Shown here: positions 8,723 to 17,362 of the stretch, one piece after another
Layout of the letters: each line of letters starts with the position of its first letter
Position numbering within the stretch: position 1 is the stretch's first letter
NCBI GenBank assembly: GCA_017958745.1
Contig: JAGDCC010000034.1
Coordinates: forward strand, 1-51,716
Source: a bacterium
GTDB taxonomy: Bacteria > Patescibacteriota > Dojkabacteria > SC72
DNA length: 51,716 nucleotides
Direction of reading: 5' to 3'
The notes under the pieces: model-generated
Database searches by the model: none
Told to the model about the DNA's origin: nothing
Seen by the model: the letters and a program-made list of their open reading frames with translations, nothing else
Position numbers and translations under genes: made by a program

Positions 8723-10273
8723 TTGATGAATATTAAAAACTACCTAATTCCTACAAAACAAAATGGATATAAACCATACCTATTGAGAAAAATTGCTGTT
8801 GTAGCTTATTGTTTTGTTCTTGTCTTTGTAAATACACTAGGTGGAATTATAGAGGCAAAAGAGGTAGAAGCAAGTGATATTACTCCTGAAAAATTAATAG
8901 AGTTAACCAATAAGGAAAGGAGAATGTATGGTCTAAATGAATTGACATATAGTGCGGAGTTATCCTCTGCTGCATTAGCCAAAGCAAATAACATGCTTTC
9001 TCTACAGTATTGGGATCACTATGGACCAAATGGAGAAACACCTTGGCAGTTTATAAGAGGTGCGGGATATGACTATATTTATGCTGGGGAGAACTTGGCA
9101 AAAGGTTTTTCTACATCCGAGGGAGTTGTAGAGGCATGGATGGCAAGTCCATCTCATAAAGCCAATATTGTTAGTGCGAATTATAAGGAGATAGGAATTG
9201 CAGCCGTGAGAGGTGAGCTTCTTGGTAGGCAGACAATTCTTGTTGTACAAATGTTTGGAAATAGGGCTGTGAATGTACAAGGAGCAGAGGAAAACAACAA
9301 TAATAACAATAGTACCCCTGTTGTTGTAGAACCAAACAACACTCCTGAACCATCTCAAAATCCTGCACCAACAACGACAACACCCGTACAAGCACCTACA
9401 CAAACTCCAGTACAAACTCCTGTTCAGACACCTACACAACCACAAACATCTACACAAACGCCTACGCAGACTCCAGTGCAAACTCCTGAACAAACTCCTG
9501 TTGTAAAAGAGAAGGGAGAGATAAAGAGTATTATGATTACAAATCCAGTTCCAAAGACCGTTGTAACAAGTCCGTCTCAAAGTATTGAAGGAAAAATAGA
9601 ATCTACTTTAGATGAAAATTCTTATATTGTTGATGTTTATGAAGGAGCTAATGCAATTGGTTCTGTTAGTTCAGATTCCTTAGAATGGGAGTTTAGTAAA
9701 AATAGTGATTGGTCTGAAGGAAGCCATAACATTAAAGTAAACATAAACGGTACAGAATTATCCGATGAAACGACATTTATTTTAGATTCTACTGCTCCAA
9801 TGGTAGAGTTAAGTACTGTAGCAGTAAGAGATTTAGGAGATAAACTGAAGTTATCTTTTTCTGTTACAGAAGAGCCAGAAAAAGCTATATTGATTGCAGG
9901 TTCTAATACATACAATCTAGATATAGATGATTTAGATTTATCTATAGAGTTAGTTAAAGAGAATGTCGCAAATAAATCTGTAAAAGTAGAACTTGTAGAT
10001 GCTTATGGAAATTCATCTCAAACAGATATCTCAGAATATTTCCTATTGGGAGAGGAAGAAGCTCCTGCATTTTCTATTGCTTCTTTAGGTGTTGCAAAAA
10101 CAATTAGTATTGTAATTGTATTATCTATTGCAATCTTGTTATGTATAGAAATTGTTTACCTCATAAAATACGGTATGTTTAAGAGAGCAGTGCAAGATAT
10201 TCTTACGGTTGGTGTCCTTTGGATAATTCTGGCTATTGCAATATTTACTGGATATTCTGGTTCTATTATATAG
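8723..10273 (+). CDS. CAP/SCP (PR-1/YkwD-like) domain surface protein with Pro/Thr/Gln linker, Ig-like region and C-terminal TM segments
   Basis: LTNKERRMYGLNELTYSAELSSAALAKANNM...GENLAKGFSTSEGVVEAWMASPSHKANIVSANYKEIGIA matches the CAP-domain pattern. A (TPVQ/TPTQ)n linker follows. The likely real start is ATG 8726. Confidence 0.75.
   Translation: MMNIKNYLIPTKQNGYKPYLLRKIAVVAYCFVLVFVNTLGGIIEAKEVEASDITPEKLIELTNKERRMYGLNELTYSAELSSAALAKANNMLSLQYWDHYGPNGETPWQFIRGAGYDYIYAGENLAKGFSTSEGVVEAWMASPSHKANIVSANYKEIGIAAVRGELLGRQTILVVQMFGNRAVNVQGAEENNNNNNSTPVVVEPNNTPEPSQNPAPTTTTPVQAPTQTPVQTPVQTPTQPQTSTQTPTQTPVQTPEQTPVVKEKGEIKSIMITNPVPKTVVTSPSQSIEGKIESTLDENSYIVDVYEGANAIGSVSSDSLEWEFSKNSDWSEGSHNIKVNINGTELSDETTFILDSTAPMVELSTVAVRDLGDKLKLSFSVTEEPEKAILIAGSNTYNLDIDDLDLSIELVKENVANKSVKVELVDAYGNSSQTDISEYFLLGEEEAPAFSIASLGVAKTISIVIVLSIAILLCIEIVYLIKYGMFKRAVQDILTVGVLWIILAIAIFTGYSGSII
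9364..9503 (+). repeat. Low-complexity coding repeat (Thr-Pro-Val/Thr-Gln)n linker
   Basis: Translates to APTTTTPVQAPTQTPVQTPVQTPTQPQTSTQTPTQTPVQTPEQTPV, made of imperfect 12-nt units (acaaactccagt / acaaactcctgt ...). Confidence 0.8.
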
Positions 10274-10297
10274 AGAAAGATAATTAAATAGTTAAAA

Positions 10298-11098
10298 ATG
10301 ACAAAAACATATACAACTAAAACTTATAACGATGTCTTGTACCTATTCATAATAGCTACACTTACTGAGCTGTTCTTGTATTCTGTAAATAGAGGAGTGT
10401 TACTAACAGCATTTATTTTTGGATTCCTAGGAATAGTTGCATTAGAATTATGGTTCTTTAGGGCAATGTCATTATTTGCACAAAAGAAAATATCCAAATA
10501 TAGTGATGTTGTCATGAAAATATCCAAGAAAAGAAGATTCTTTGGATATTTTATATTACCAGCATTATTCTATATATCTCTTTTAGTATTTCTTTTTTAC
10601 AACAGAAACTTTATTCTTGGACATGTAGTGCTAACTGTATGTATGTCGTTATTATTAATCCTTTTCCTAAACGTTAAAGGCTCTTTATCTGATTATTATT
10701 CTCAAAGGAGTTCTACAAAATCTATCTACGACTTTATCTGCATATCTACATTATATCTAGTGCTTAATGCATTACTGAGAATTGGTCTTAGTGATATCTA
10801 TTTCTTTGCAAGTAGCTTTATTGCTGCATTTGCACTATTTATTTTTACATTAAAATTGCATGACAGGATAGAATGGATTAGCTTAGGAATCTCATGCTTG
10901 AGTGCAATATCTGTTGTTCTCTCTATGCTAGCAGTATGGGGAGATAATATCTTTGTAATTCCTGCTGTAGGTACACTTATCTTCTACATGATTGTTTCTA
11001 TTTGGAATATTAAATTCTCTGGAAAGCTTAATCTTACAGATTATGTTTTGCCAGTAGCTTATACATTATTGGCATTAATTTTAGTTTTAACATGTTAA
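10298..11098 (+). CDS. Polytopic membrane protein of unknown function
   Basis: 266-aa ORF with roughly 8 hydrophobic segments, tightly packed (4-nt gap) before the next gene. No motif was recognised. Confidence 0.55.
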   Translation: MTKTYTTKTYNDVLYLFIIATLTELFLYSVNRGVLLTAFIFGFLGIVALELWFFRAMSLFAQKKISKYSDVVMKISKKRRFFGYFILPALFYISLLVFLFYNRNFILGHVVLTVCMSLLLILFLNVKGSLSDYYSQRSSTKSIYDFICISTLYLVLNALLRIGLSDIYFFASSFIAAFALFIFTLKLHDRIEWISLGISCLSAISVVLSMLAVWGDNIFVIPAVGTLIFYMIVSIWNIKFSGKLNLTDYVLPVAYTLLALILVLTC

Positions 11099-11102
11099 AT
11101 TT

Positions 11103-11816
11103 ATGAGTATACAAAAAAAGATTGTATTAAAAATTGGTGGATCTATTCTTTATAAGGATGGGTTGAATATCAATTTTGAATTATTAAAGAAATTAAAGGA
11201 TTGGTATGGAGATGCTAAGAAAGATTATTCTAAGATAGTTATATTGGTGGGAGGTGGTGAGCTTTCTAGACAGTTACAGGCATATATGGGTTCTAAGATT
11301 AGAGATGAAAGAGGTAGACATGAGGTTGCTATGTCTGTTACGCAGACTAATGCAAAGATTGTAAAAGCTTATTTGCAAGACGATAAAAATATAGCAACTC
11401 CCACATCTATTGGTGATGCTTATGAGATTCTTCTTAATGACAAAATTAAATGTGTAGTCTCTGGCGGTTTGAAGATAGGGTGGAGTACAGATATGGATGC
11501 TGCAATATTTGCAGATATTATTGATACAGATAGAGTTATAAAAATATCTGATATTTCTTATCTCTATGATAAAGATCCTAAGAAGTTTGATAAAGTCCAT
11601 ATTATCAAGGATATTACTTGGAAGAATTACTTTAAGATGTTCCATATAAAGAATGATGATACTCATGAGGCAAATTCTCATATTCCTATCGATAAGATTT
11701 GTGCAAGATTTGCAAATAATAAGGGAGTACAGTTCTTTATATGTGGTGGTGATAATATAGAAAAAAAGAAGACTCTACAGCATATAATTACGGATGGAAC
11801 ATTGCTACATCCGTAG
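11103..11816 (+). CDS. pyrH: Amino-acid-kinase-fold protein, most likely archaeal-type UMP kinase
   Basis: IVLKIGGSILY, VILVGGGELSRQL, GGLKIGWSTDMDAAIFADII and YLYDKDPKKF are colinear with my memory of archaeal PyrH (VVGGGKLAR, GGTHPGHTTDAVAALLAE, VYTADPKK). Confidence 0.65.
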   Translation: MSIQKKIVLKIGGSILYKDGLNINFELLKKLKDWYGDAKKDYSKIVILVGGGELSRQLQAYMGSKIRDERGRHEVAMSVTQTNAKIVKAYLQDDKNIATPTSIGDAYEILLNDKIKCVVSGGLKIGWSTDMDAAIFADIIDTDRVIKISDISYLYDKDPKKFDKVHIIKDITWKNYFKMFHIKNDDTHEANSHIPIDKICARFANNKGVQFFICGGDNIEKKKTLQHIITDGTLLHP

Positions 11817-11849
11817 TAATTAGTAATCTGTTAATAGATATATGTAAAC

Positions 11850-11880
11850 AAAAAGGGTAATAATTCTATTACCCTTTTTT
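11850..11880. terminator. Bidirectional rho-independent terminator between convergent pyrH-like gene and greA
   Basis: AAAAAGGGTAATA - ATTC - TATTACCCTTTTT forms a 13-bp stem with a 4-nt loop. It has an A-tract on one side and a T-tract on the other. Confidence 0.75.
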
Positions 11881-11906
11881 AATATGCATTAACGATGATT
11901 ATATAG

Positions 11907-12371
11907 TTATGCAATAGCTTCTAGAGTGTACTCTTTTGTCCCGGCTGGTGTGTTAATTGTTATCTTATCTCCAACTTTCTTTCCCATTACTGCAAGTCCG
12001 ACTGGAGAAGAATGAGAAACTTTTCCCTCTAAAGGATTAGCTTCTTCCTCACTGGTGATTTCATATTTAACTTTTTTGTTTCCCTTCAATGTAACTGTAT
12101 CTCCTAAACCTACAACACTCTTCTTCTTATCTTTTATGACAACAGCATTTTTAATCTTATTCTTTAGCTCCATAATTCTTTCCTCGTTTATATTCTGGTT
12201 CTCTATTGCCATAGAATAGCCGTCATTCTCTCTTAAATCACCTTGAGATCTACATTCGCTAAGAGTATTTGTAATTCTCTCCTTGATGGTTGTTTCTCTC
12301 TCCTTAAGCTCTTCCTTCATCTTCTCTAAGCCTTCTTTTGTTGTGTAATATACTTCATTGTCGTCTCTCAT
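11907..12371 (-). CDS. greA: Transcription elongation factor GreA
   Basis: 154 aa with an N-terminal coiled coil (YTTKEGLEKMKEELKERE...RSQGDLRENDGY) and a C-terminal globular domain (VSHSSPVGLAVMGKKVGD). Confidence 0.9.
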   Translation of the reverse strand: MRDDNEVYYTTKEGLEKMKEELKERETTIKERITNTLSECRSQGDLRENDGYSMAIENQNINEERIMELKNKIKNAVVIKDKKKSVVGLGDTVTLKGNKKVKYEITSEEEANPLEGKVSHSSPVGLAVMGKKVGDKITINTPAGTKEYTLEAIA

Positions 12372-12448
12372 AGGTATATTATTTTTACAATTTATAACAA
12401 GCTGTAATAATATATTGATACATATATAATGTCAATGGAGCAAATTTA

Positions 12449-12457
12449 TGGTAAAAT
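12449..12457 (+). promoter_or_regulatory. Extended -10 element (TGGTAAAAT) upstream of the tRNA pair
   Basis: It ends 13 nt before tRNA-Glu. The 14-mer TTATGGTAAAATAT is repeated exactly upstream of typA (45848..45861). Confidence 0.45.
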
Positions 12458-12470
12458 ATGGTATTGTTAT

Positions 12471-12542
12471 GCCGCTATCGTCTAACGGTTAGGACATAGG
12501 ATTCTCAATCCTACAATTGGAGTTCGATTCTCCATAGCGGTA
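12471..12542 (+). tRNA. tRNA-Glu (anticodon CUC)
   Basis: Hand-folded cloverleaf: acceptor GCCGCTA/TAGCGGT (G1-U72 wobble), U8, D-arm GTCT-AACGGTTA-GGAC, anticodon arm TAGGA-TTCTCAA-TCCTA, variable loop CAAT, T-arm TGGAG-TTCGATT-CTCCA, discriminator A. No CCA is encoded. Confidence 0.85.
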
Positions 12543-12551
12543 TTTGGTTAA

Positions 12552-12622
12552 TGCTGGATCGTCTAATGGTAGGACGGTGGTCTCTGGAACCACTAATTCT
12601 AGTTCGAATCTAGGTCCAGCAA
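12552..12622 (+). tRNA. tRNA-Gln (anticodon CUG)
   Basis: Acceptor TGCTGGA/TCCAGCA (U1-A72, as in bacterial tRNA-Gln), anticodon arm GTGGT-CTCTGGA-ACCAC, T-arm TCTAG-TTCGAAT-CTAGG. It lies 9 nt after tRNA-Glu and no CCA is encoded. Confidence 0.85.
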
Positions 12623-14227
12623 TTTCATATCATTTCTAATACTGTTTATACCTTTCATCCAAAACTCTTTCTTAGTAATATCTATGCCAATACTGTTAAA
12701 TAAATCTCTAGGAGATTTGGTACTACCACTACTTAAGAACATCTTAACCTTTTCTACATTCTTCTTATCTTCCTTTACTAATTCCAATAAAGACTTGGCA
12801 ATAAGCAGACCACTAGCATAGGAATAAACATAGAAATATCTTCTAAAATGACCAACATAAATCCATCCGAGTTTCATAGCAGTATCCGTGTCTACAGCAT
12901 CTCCAAGGTATGCATTCATATGTTTAGCAAATAGATTACAAATATAATCCTTATCTAAGAATCCTTTTTCTCTATAATCCTTATGTAAATCTTTCTCAAA
13001 ATTATAAAATGCAATCTGTCTAAATATTGTAGAAATATCTCTGTTTAGTTTTTGGTTATATAAAGAAATCTTTTCCTCTTGGGAGGCCATAGAAATAATG
13101 TCATCCAAAACATACCCTTCAAAGAAAGTACTAGCAATCTCTGCAAGAGAAATAGGGTAATCGCAGTTTAGTTCTGACTGAGACTTAGACAGCTCTGTAT
13201 GTATTCCGTGACCACTCTCATGAGCGATTGTAAGTACATCATCTACAGTATTGGTATGGTTTAGGAGAATGTATGTAGGTAGATTCTTACCAACGCTTAC
13301 ACAGAATGCACCTCCATATTTTCCTTGTTTAGGAAATACATCATACTGTCCGTTGTCATAGAATGATTTCACAATGTTATAAAACTCTTCATCCAATTTG
13401 CGGAAGGATTCTTCCACTAGTTGTTGTGCATTATCATAAGTGTATTCTTTGTTTACATCTTCTGCTATTGGAACGTTTCTTTCATGATATCCAAGAGTTT
13501 TTTGTCCAAGCATTTTTGCTTTATATTTATAATATTGCTGAGAAATATCAAAATTGTCTGTAACTGCAGATACTAGAGAATCTACAATTTCTGGTTCTAT
13601 ATCGTCTGATACCAATGTAGCTAATTCTGGCTTGGCATAATTTCTAACTTTATCTCTTGACTTCTTATGCTCCAATACTGAGTTCATCTCGTATTCTGCA
13701 ATCTCTAGGTATTTCTCATTTACTTTGTTAAATTGAGAAGATGCATAGTTTCTTACATCTTTCTTTTTGCTATCCAAATATTTACTTATCTCGTTATAGG
13801 ATATGTCTACTTCTTTTCCATCCTCATTCTTAACTGTCGTTTTTTGCTTATCTAGTAAGGTAGATAGCATTTCTACCCAATTCTCATAGGATGTGTTGTA
13901 TGTTATGTTAAGTATCTTTTCTTCCTTGTCTGACAATACATATTTTCCACTTGCAAATGATGTTTCTAACATGTGGTGGTATTTTTGTAATAAAGGGGAA
14001 TCTAGGAATATCTTTTGCTTTTCTTCTGGTATCTTGGAAATACTTAAGCTAAAGAATTGAATATTATTTTCTAAATCTGTTGTTATATCGTCTAGCTTAT
14101 TTATTCTTGCTTTTATATCAGTATTTGTTTGGTCTAAGTAGAAGAGTAGAGAATAGTAATAAGACGGTTTTGTGCATAGCCCGTAATTTTGCATTAAGTT
14201 CTCGTAATCTGTGAGTGCTTCAAGCAT
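12599..14227 (-). CDS. pepF: Oligoendopeptidase F (M3B zinc metallopeptidase); the reading frame continues upstream to ATG 14374 but is interrupted by an in-frame TAA at 14290..14288
   Basis: Zincin site TIAHESGHGIH and overall M3B-like layout. The 28 codons upstream of the TAA (MQNTWNLELLYKDLEDPQIKEDIQKSIE) plus the following NKKFVEKWKNNKGYLEKPEI look like a normal PepF N-terminus. Confidence 0.85.
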   Translation of the reverse strand: MLEALTDYENLMQNYGLCTKPSYYYSLLFYLDQTNTDIKARINKLDDITTDLENNIQFFSLSISKIPEEKQKIFLDSPLLQKYHHMLETSFASGKYVLSDKEEKILNITYNTSYENWVEMLSTLLDKQKTTVKNEDGKEVDISYNEISKYLDSKKKDVRNYASSQFNKVNEKYLEIAEYEMNSVLEHKKSRDKVRNYAKPELATLVSDDIEPEIVDSLVSAVTDNFDISQQYYKYKAKMLGQKTLGYHERNVPIAEDVNKEYTYDNAQQLVEESFRKLDEEFYNIVKSFYDNGQYDVFPKQGKYGGAFCVSVGKNLPTYILLNHTNTVDDVLTIAHESGHGIHTELSKSQSELNCDYPISLAEIASTFFEGYVLDDIISMASQEEKISLYNQKLNRDISTIFRQIAFYNFEKDLHKDYREKGFLDKDYICNLFAKHMNAYLGDAVDTDTAMKLGWIYVGHFRRYFYVYSYASGLLIAKSLLELVKEDKKNVEKVKMFLSSGSTKSPRDLFNSIGIDITKKEFWMKGINSIRNDMKLLDLDSN

Positions 14228-14373
14228 TATTTCAGGTTTTTCTAAATATCCCTTATTATTTTTCCACTTCTCTACAAATTTTTTGTTTTATTCTATAGAT
14301 TTCTGTATATCTTCTTTTATCTGGGGATCTTCTAAATCCTTATAAAGAAGTTCTAGATTCCATGTGTTTTGCA

Positions 14374-14568
14374 TTAGTCGTTATCGTCGTCAAATATACT
14401 GAATGGGCTTACTACTTTATCTTTTCCAAAATGCATAGATTCGTGGATTTTGCTGTGGTCATGAATAGACTCATGTACGTTCTTTGAAAGTCCAGAATGC
14501 ATAGATTCGTGAATGCTACTATGACTTATTCCAAACTTTTTATCGTCATCGTCATCAAATATTCCCAT
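14374..14568 (-). CDS. 64-aa Asp/His-rich mini-protein with three HExxH motifs
   Basis: MGIFDDDDDKKFGISHSSIHESMHSGLSKNVHESIHDHSKIHESMHFGKDKVVSPFSIFDDDND. SD AGGAG (14580..14576) lies 7 nt upstream of the ATG. Its stop overlaps the upstream pepF ATG as TAATG. Confidence 0.55.
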   Translation of the reverse strand: MGIFDDDDDKKFGISHSSIHESMHSGLSKNVHESIHDHSKIHESMHFGKDKVVSPFSIFDDDND

Positions 14569-14664
14569 ATTGTTTCTCCTATTAAATTAATTCCTTAATG
14601 ATAACATTATCTCTTTTTATACGCTATATATGAGTAATATATGAAATGAGAGTATGTACTGAAA

Positions 14665-14673
14665 TGTTATAAT
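14665..14673 (+). promoter_or_regulatory. Extended -10 element (TGTTATAAT), 6 nt before the ABC-transporter ATG
   Basis: The spacing predicts a leaderless or near-leaderless mRNA, and no SD is present. Confidence 0.4.
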
Positions 14674-14679
14674 TGTAAT

Positions 14680-16485
14680 ATGTATAAACTCATACGAGAA
14701 GTAATAAATCTTATTGTAAAGTTCTTTAAGCCATATGGACTTTCAGATAAGATGCTTGTGATTCCAGACAATGTTAAGAAAATGGGCTTTAAAGTCGGTT
14801 TTTTGAATTTGGGAATGACGTTGATAGCTTTAGTTTTTGCATTCATCCTTAAAGTGACCAATCTGATGATTGAGCATAGGCTGATTGGACTCGGAATTAT
14901 TTTGTTTATGCTGCACCGTGGACAGCAGATTGTCAAAGAAGCATATCATCTTTTTGAAGGTTCCGAAAACAAGAAATATGATCTTATTTTTGAGGATGAA
15001 ATTATTCTTCGAGGAAGTAAGATTATTGGTAAAACAGCAAACAAAATATTGAAATATGATGCATCCAATAAGTTTTACAAGATAATGAGTAATGAATCTA
15101 TGTTAAATACAATTTCAAACTATTTACAAAACTTATGGAGACAGAAGGTTCAACATGCATTTGATTTACTACAAATATTAAGTGTTGTTATTATGCTAGT
15201 AATTGCTGTGTTAACTAATACATCTATAAGTCAGATGGTATTTATCCCTTTGATTTTTGCCTTTGTGATAATTTCTTTTTTTAGTTCTGCATATATTAGT
15301 TTAAATAGAGGATCTTTTTATAAAAGACATAGAGATTTTAATAATGATCAATCTCTTATAGTTAATGATTTACTTCGCATTCCAGATATTGTGAAGAATG
15401 ATTTAGAGATGAGAATTAATAAACTCCAAAAAACTGTCATTGAAAGTAATGCTAATATTACAAAGTTTCATAGGAAAATGAATTTGTCTAGGTTATTTGT
15501 CTCGACAATAGAAGCATTTAGTCAATATGGAATTATAATATTCTATCTATGTGGAGTTGATTGGAATAGTATTAGTTTAGCAACAATTACTGAAATAACT
15601 GCGATCCTTCTTGTTGTTGAAACTGCACTTGCCCAAATTGGTCGAATTGCAGAAACTCTAAACAACCATAACGATAGAATAACTGTATTAGAGAAAGAAG
15701 AACAAGATATGAGACTAATCTTAGATGTATATCATAGTGAATCAGAAAGAATGTCTGCACCTAGAGTTATTGAAAATATAGATATCAATCCTTTTTCTAT
15801 TCAATATTTAGAAGAGTCAGAGAATGATAAACCATTTACATTAGTTTCAAGGAATCCGATACATATTGGAAAGGGCGAGGTTGTTGTTTTATACGGTCCT
15901 TCTGGTAGTGGTAAATCAACATTTATGAAAATGCTAACAGAAAGAATAAAGCTGGAAAAAAGTACAGATATACCATCTACATCTAGGTTCTTATTCTATG
16001 ATGAGAAACTGAGGTTTGGTTCTTTTAGCATTTACGAGGAATTGTTTTGTTGTAGTAGCAATCCAGATCTTCCTAAAATGAAAAGAATACTAGAGAAACT
16101 TCATTTATGGCATGAGATAAAAGCAAATTGTTTTGATGTGTGGCAATGGATGAAAGAAAAGCAGTTTGATCAGTCTCTTTCCAATGGTCAAAAGCAAAGA
16201 CTTATTATTGCTAAAATGCTGTATTGGTTAGACAGTGATATAGATGTTATGGTATTGGATGAGTGCACGTCAGGCCTTGATGAAAAAGCAGAGTCTAATT
16301 CTGCTGATGCAGAGAGAATTCTTGAGTATATTGTTAGATATTCTAACAAAGATAAAAAAAGAATTGTTATTATCTCTACACATCAAAATATAGACGGATT
16401 CAAGCAAAAACTTGCGGGTGATTTCACGTTTAAGAACTTGCAATTTGCGAAGATTGGGAAAAATAATTTAGTAAAGGAAGTTTAG
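14680..16485 (+). CDS. ABC transporter, fused membrane domain + ATP-binding domain (exporter-type, divergent)
   Basis: The N-terminal half has several TM helices. The C-terminal NBD carries Walker A GPSGSGKST, signature LSNGQKQRL, Walker B VMVLDECTSGLD and H-loop ISTHQ. Confidence 0.8.
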   Translation: MYKLIREVINLIVKFFKPYGLSDKMLVIPDNVKKMGFKVGFLNLGMTLIALVFAFILKVTNLMIEHRLIGLGIILFMLHRGQQIVKEAYHLFEGSENKKYDLIFEDEIILRGSKIIGKTANKILKYDASNKFYKIMSNESMLNTISNYLQNLWRQKVQHAFDLLQILSVVIMLVIAVLTNTSISQMVFIPLIFAFVIISFFSSAYISLNRGSFYKRHRDFNNDQSLIVNDLLRIPDIVKNDLEMRINKLQKTVIESNANITKFHRKMNLSRLFVSTIEAFSQYGIIIFYLCGVDWNSISLATITEITAILLVVETALAQIGRIAETLNNHNDRITVLEKEEQDMRLILDVYHSESERMSAPRVIENIDINPFSIQYLEESENDKPFTLVSRNPIHIGKGEVVVLYGPSGSGKSTFMKMLTERIKLEKSTDIPSTSRFLFYDEKLRFGSFSIYEELFCCSSNPDLPKMKRILEKLHLWHEIKANCFDVWQWMKEKQFDQSLSNGQKQRLIIAKMLYWLDSDIDVMVLDECTSGLDEKAESNSADAERILEYIVRYSNKDKKRIVIISTHQNIDGFKQKLAGDFTFKNLQFAKIGKNNLVKEV

Positions 16486-16553
16486 ATTTTTTCTATTTGC
16501 ATTTGTTTAGATAATTTGTAAAAATACACTGTTAAGTTTTTTTATAAAAAATC

Positions 16554-16751
16554 ATGAAAGTATCTCTAGATAAAAGCAAATGTATGGTATGTGGTTCCTG
16601 TGTAGGTTTGTGTCCAGCTGTCTTTGAAATGGCAGGTGATGGGACTATTGATGTTAAGAAAGAAATGAAGGATGTTCCAAGTAAATTGGAAGGAGATGTA
16701 CAAAGTGCGGCAGATGCTTGCCCAGCAACAGCTATTACAGTAGAGAAGTAG
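16554..16751 (+). CDS. Small single-cluster ferredoxin
   Basis: 65 aa with CMVCGSCVGLCPAVFE ... ADACPATAI. Confidence 0.85.
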   Translation: MKVSLDKSKCMVCGSCVGLCPAVFEMAGDGTIDVKKEMKDVPSKLEGDVQSAADACPATAITVEK

Positions 16752-17348
16752 ATGGTAAAAACACATCCAGAAAAGATTCTTTGCATAAAGGAATCTATCC
16801 TTTTTGGTAAAGAAAAATGGAATGGTCTAAAGACTGATGACTTGTCCTATTATAAGGATTTGGTGGAGGATAATATGGAGTTTATATGTAGAGATGATTT
16901 AGAAAATGATCCAACATATAAACAGGTTATAGCACAAGTTGTCCTTAGGTATAAAGGAAAATATTTTCTACATAGACAGGTAAATAGGGGAGAAAAGAGA
17001 CTTAATTCTTTGTGTCCTCTTCCTTTTGGTGGACATATTGAGCTTTTTGACAAATCTTCCAATGGAGATATTATCGAAGTGGCTCTAGAAAGAGAGTTGC
17101 ATGAGGAGGCAGAGGTAAATGCTAATATTGTGGATAAAACATTTTTAGGTCTTGTATATATTGAGGACGACAATCCTGTTAATTATGTACATGTAGGTTT
17201 TGTCTATGTCTTTGATTTGGATGGAGATGATGTCCATGTTAGAGAAGAGGGTTTGGAAACAATAGGCTTTGTAGATGTAGAGTATTTACAAGAACATGTA
17301 GAAGAACTAACCTATTGGTCTAGATTTATTATTCCTTATTTAAAATAA
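16752..17348 (+). CDS. NUDIX-family hydrolase
   Basis: Nudix-box-like GGHIELFD...VALERELHEEAEV. The ATG directly abuts the ferredoxin stop (TAGATG). Confidence 0.75.
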   Translation: MVKTHPEKILCIKESILFGKEKWNGLKTDDLSYYKDLVEDNMEFICRDDLENDPTYKQVIAQVVLRYKGKYFLHRQVNRGEKRLNSLCPLPFGGHIELFDKSSNGDIIEVALERELHEEAEVNANIVDKTFLGLVYIEDDNPVNYVHVGFVYVFDLDGDDVHVREEGLETIGFVDVEYLQEHVEELTYWSRFIIPYLK

Positions 17349-17362
17349 TTATTTAAACACCT

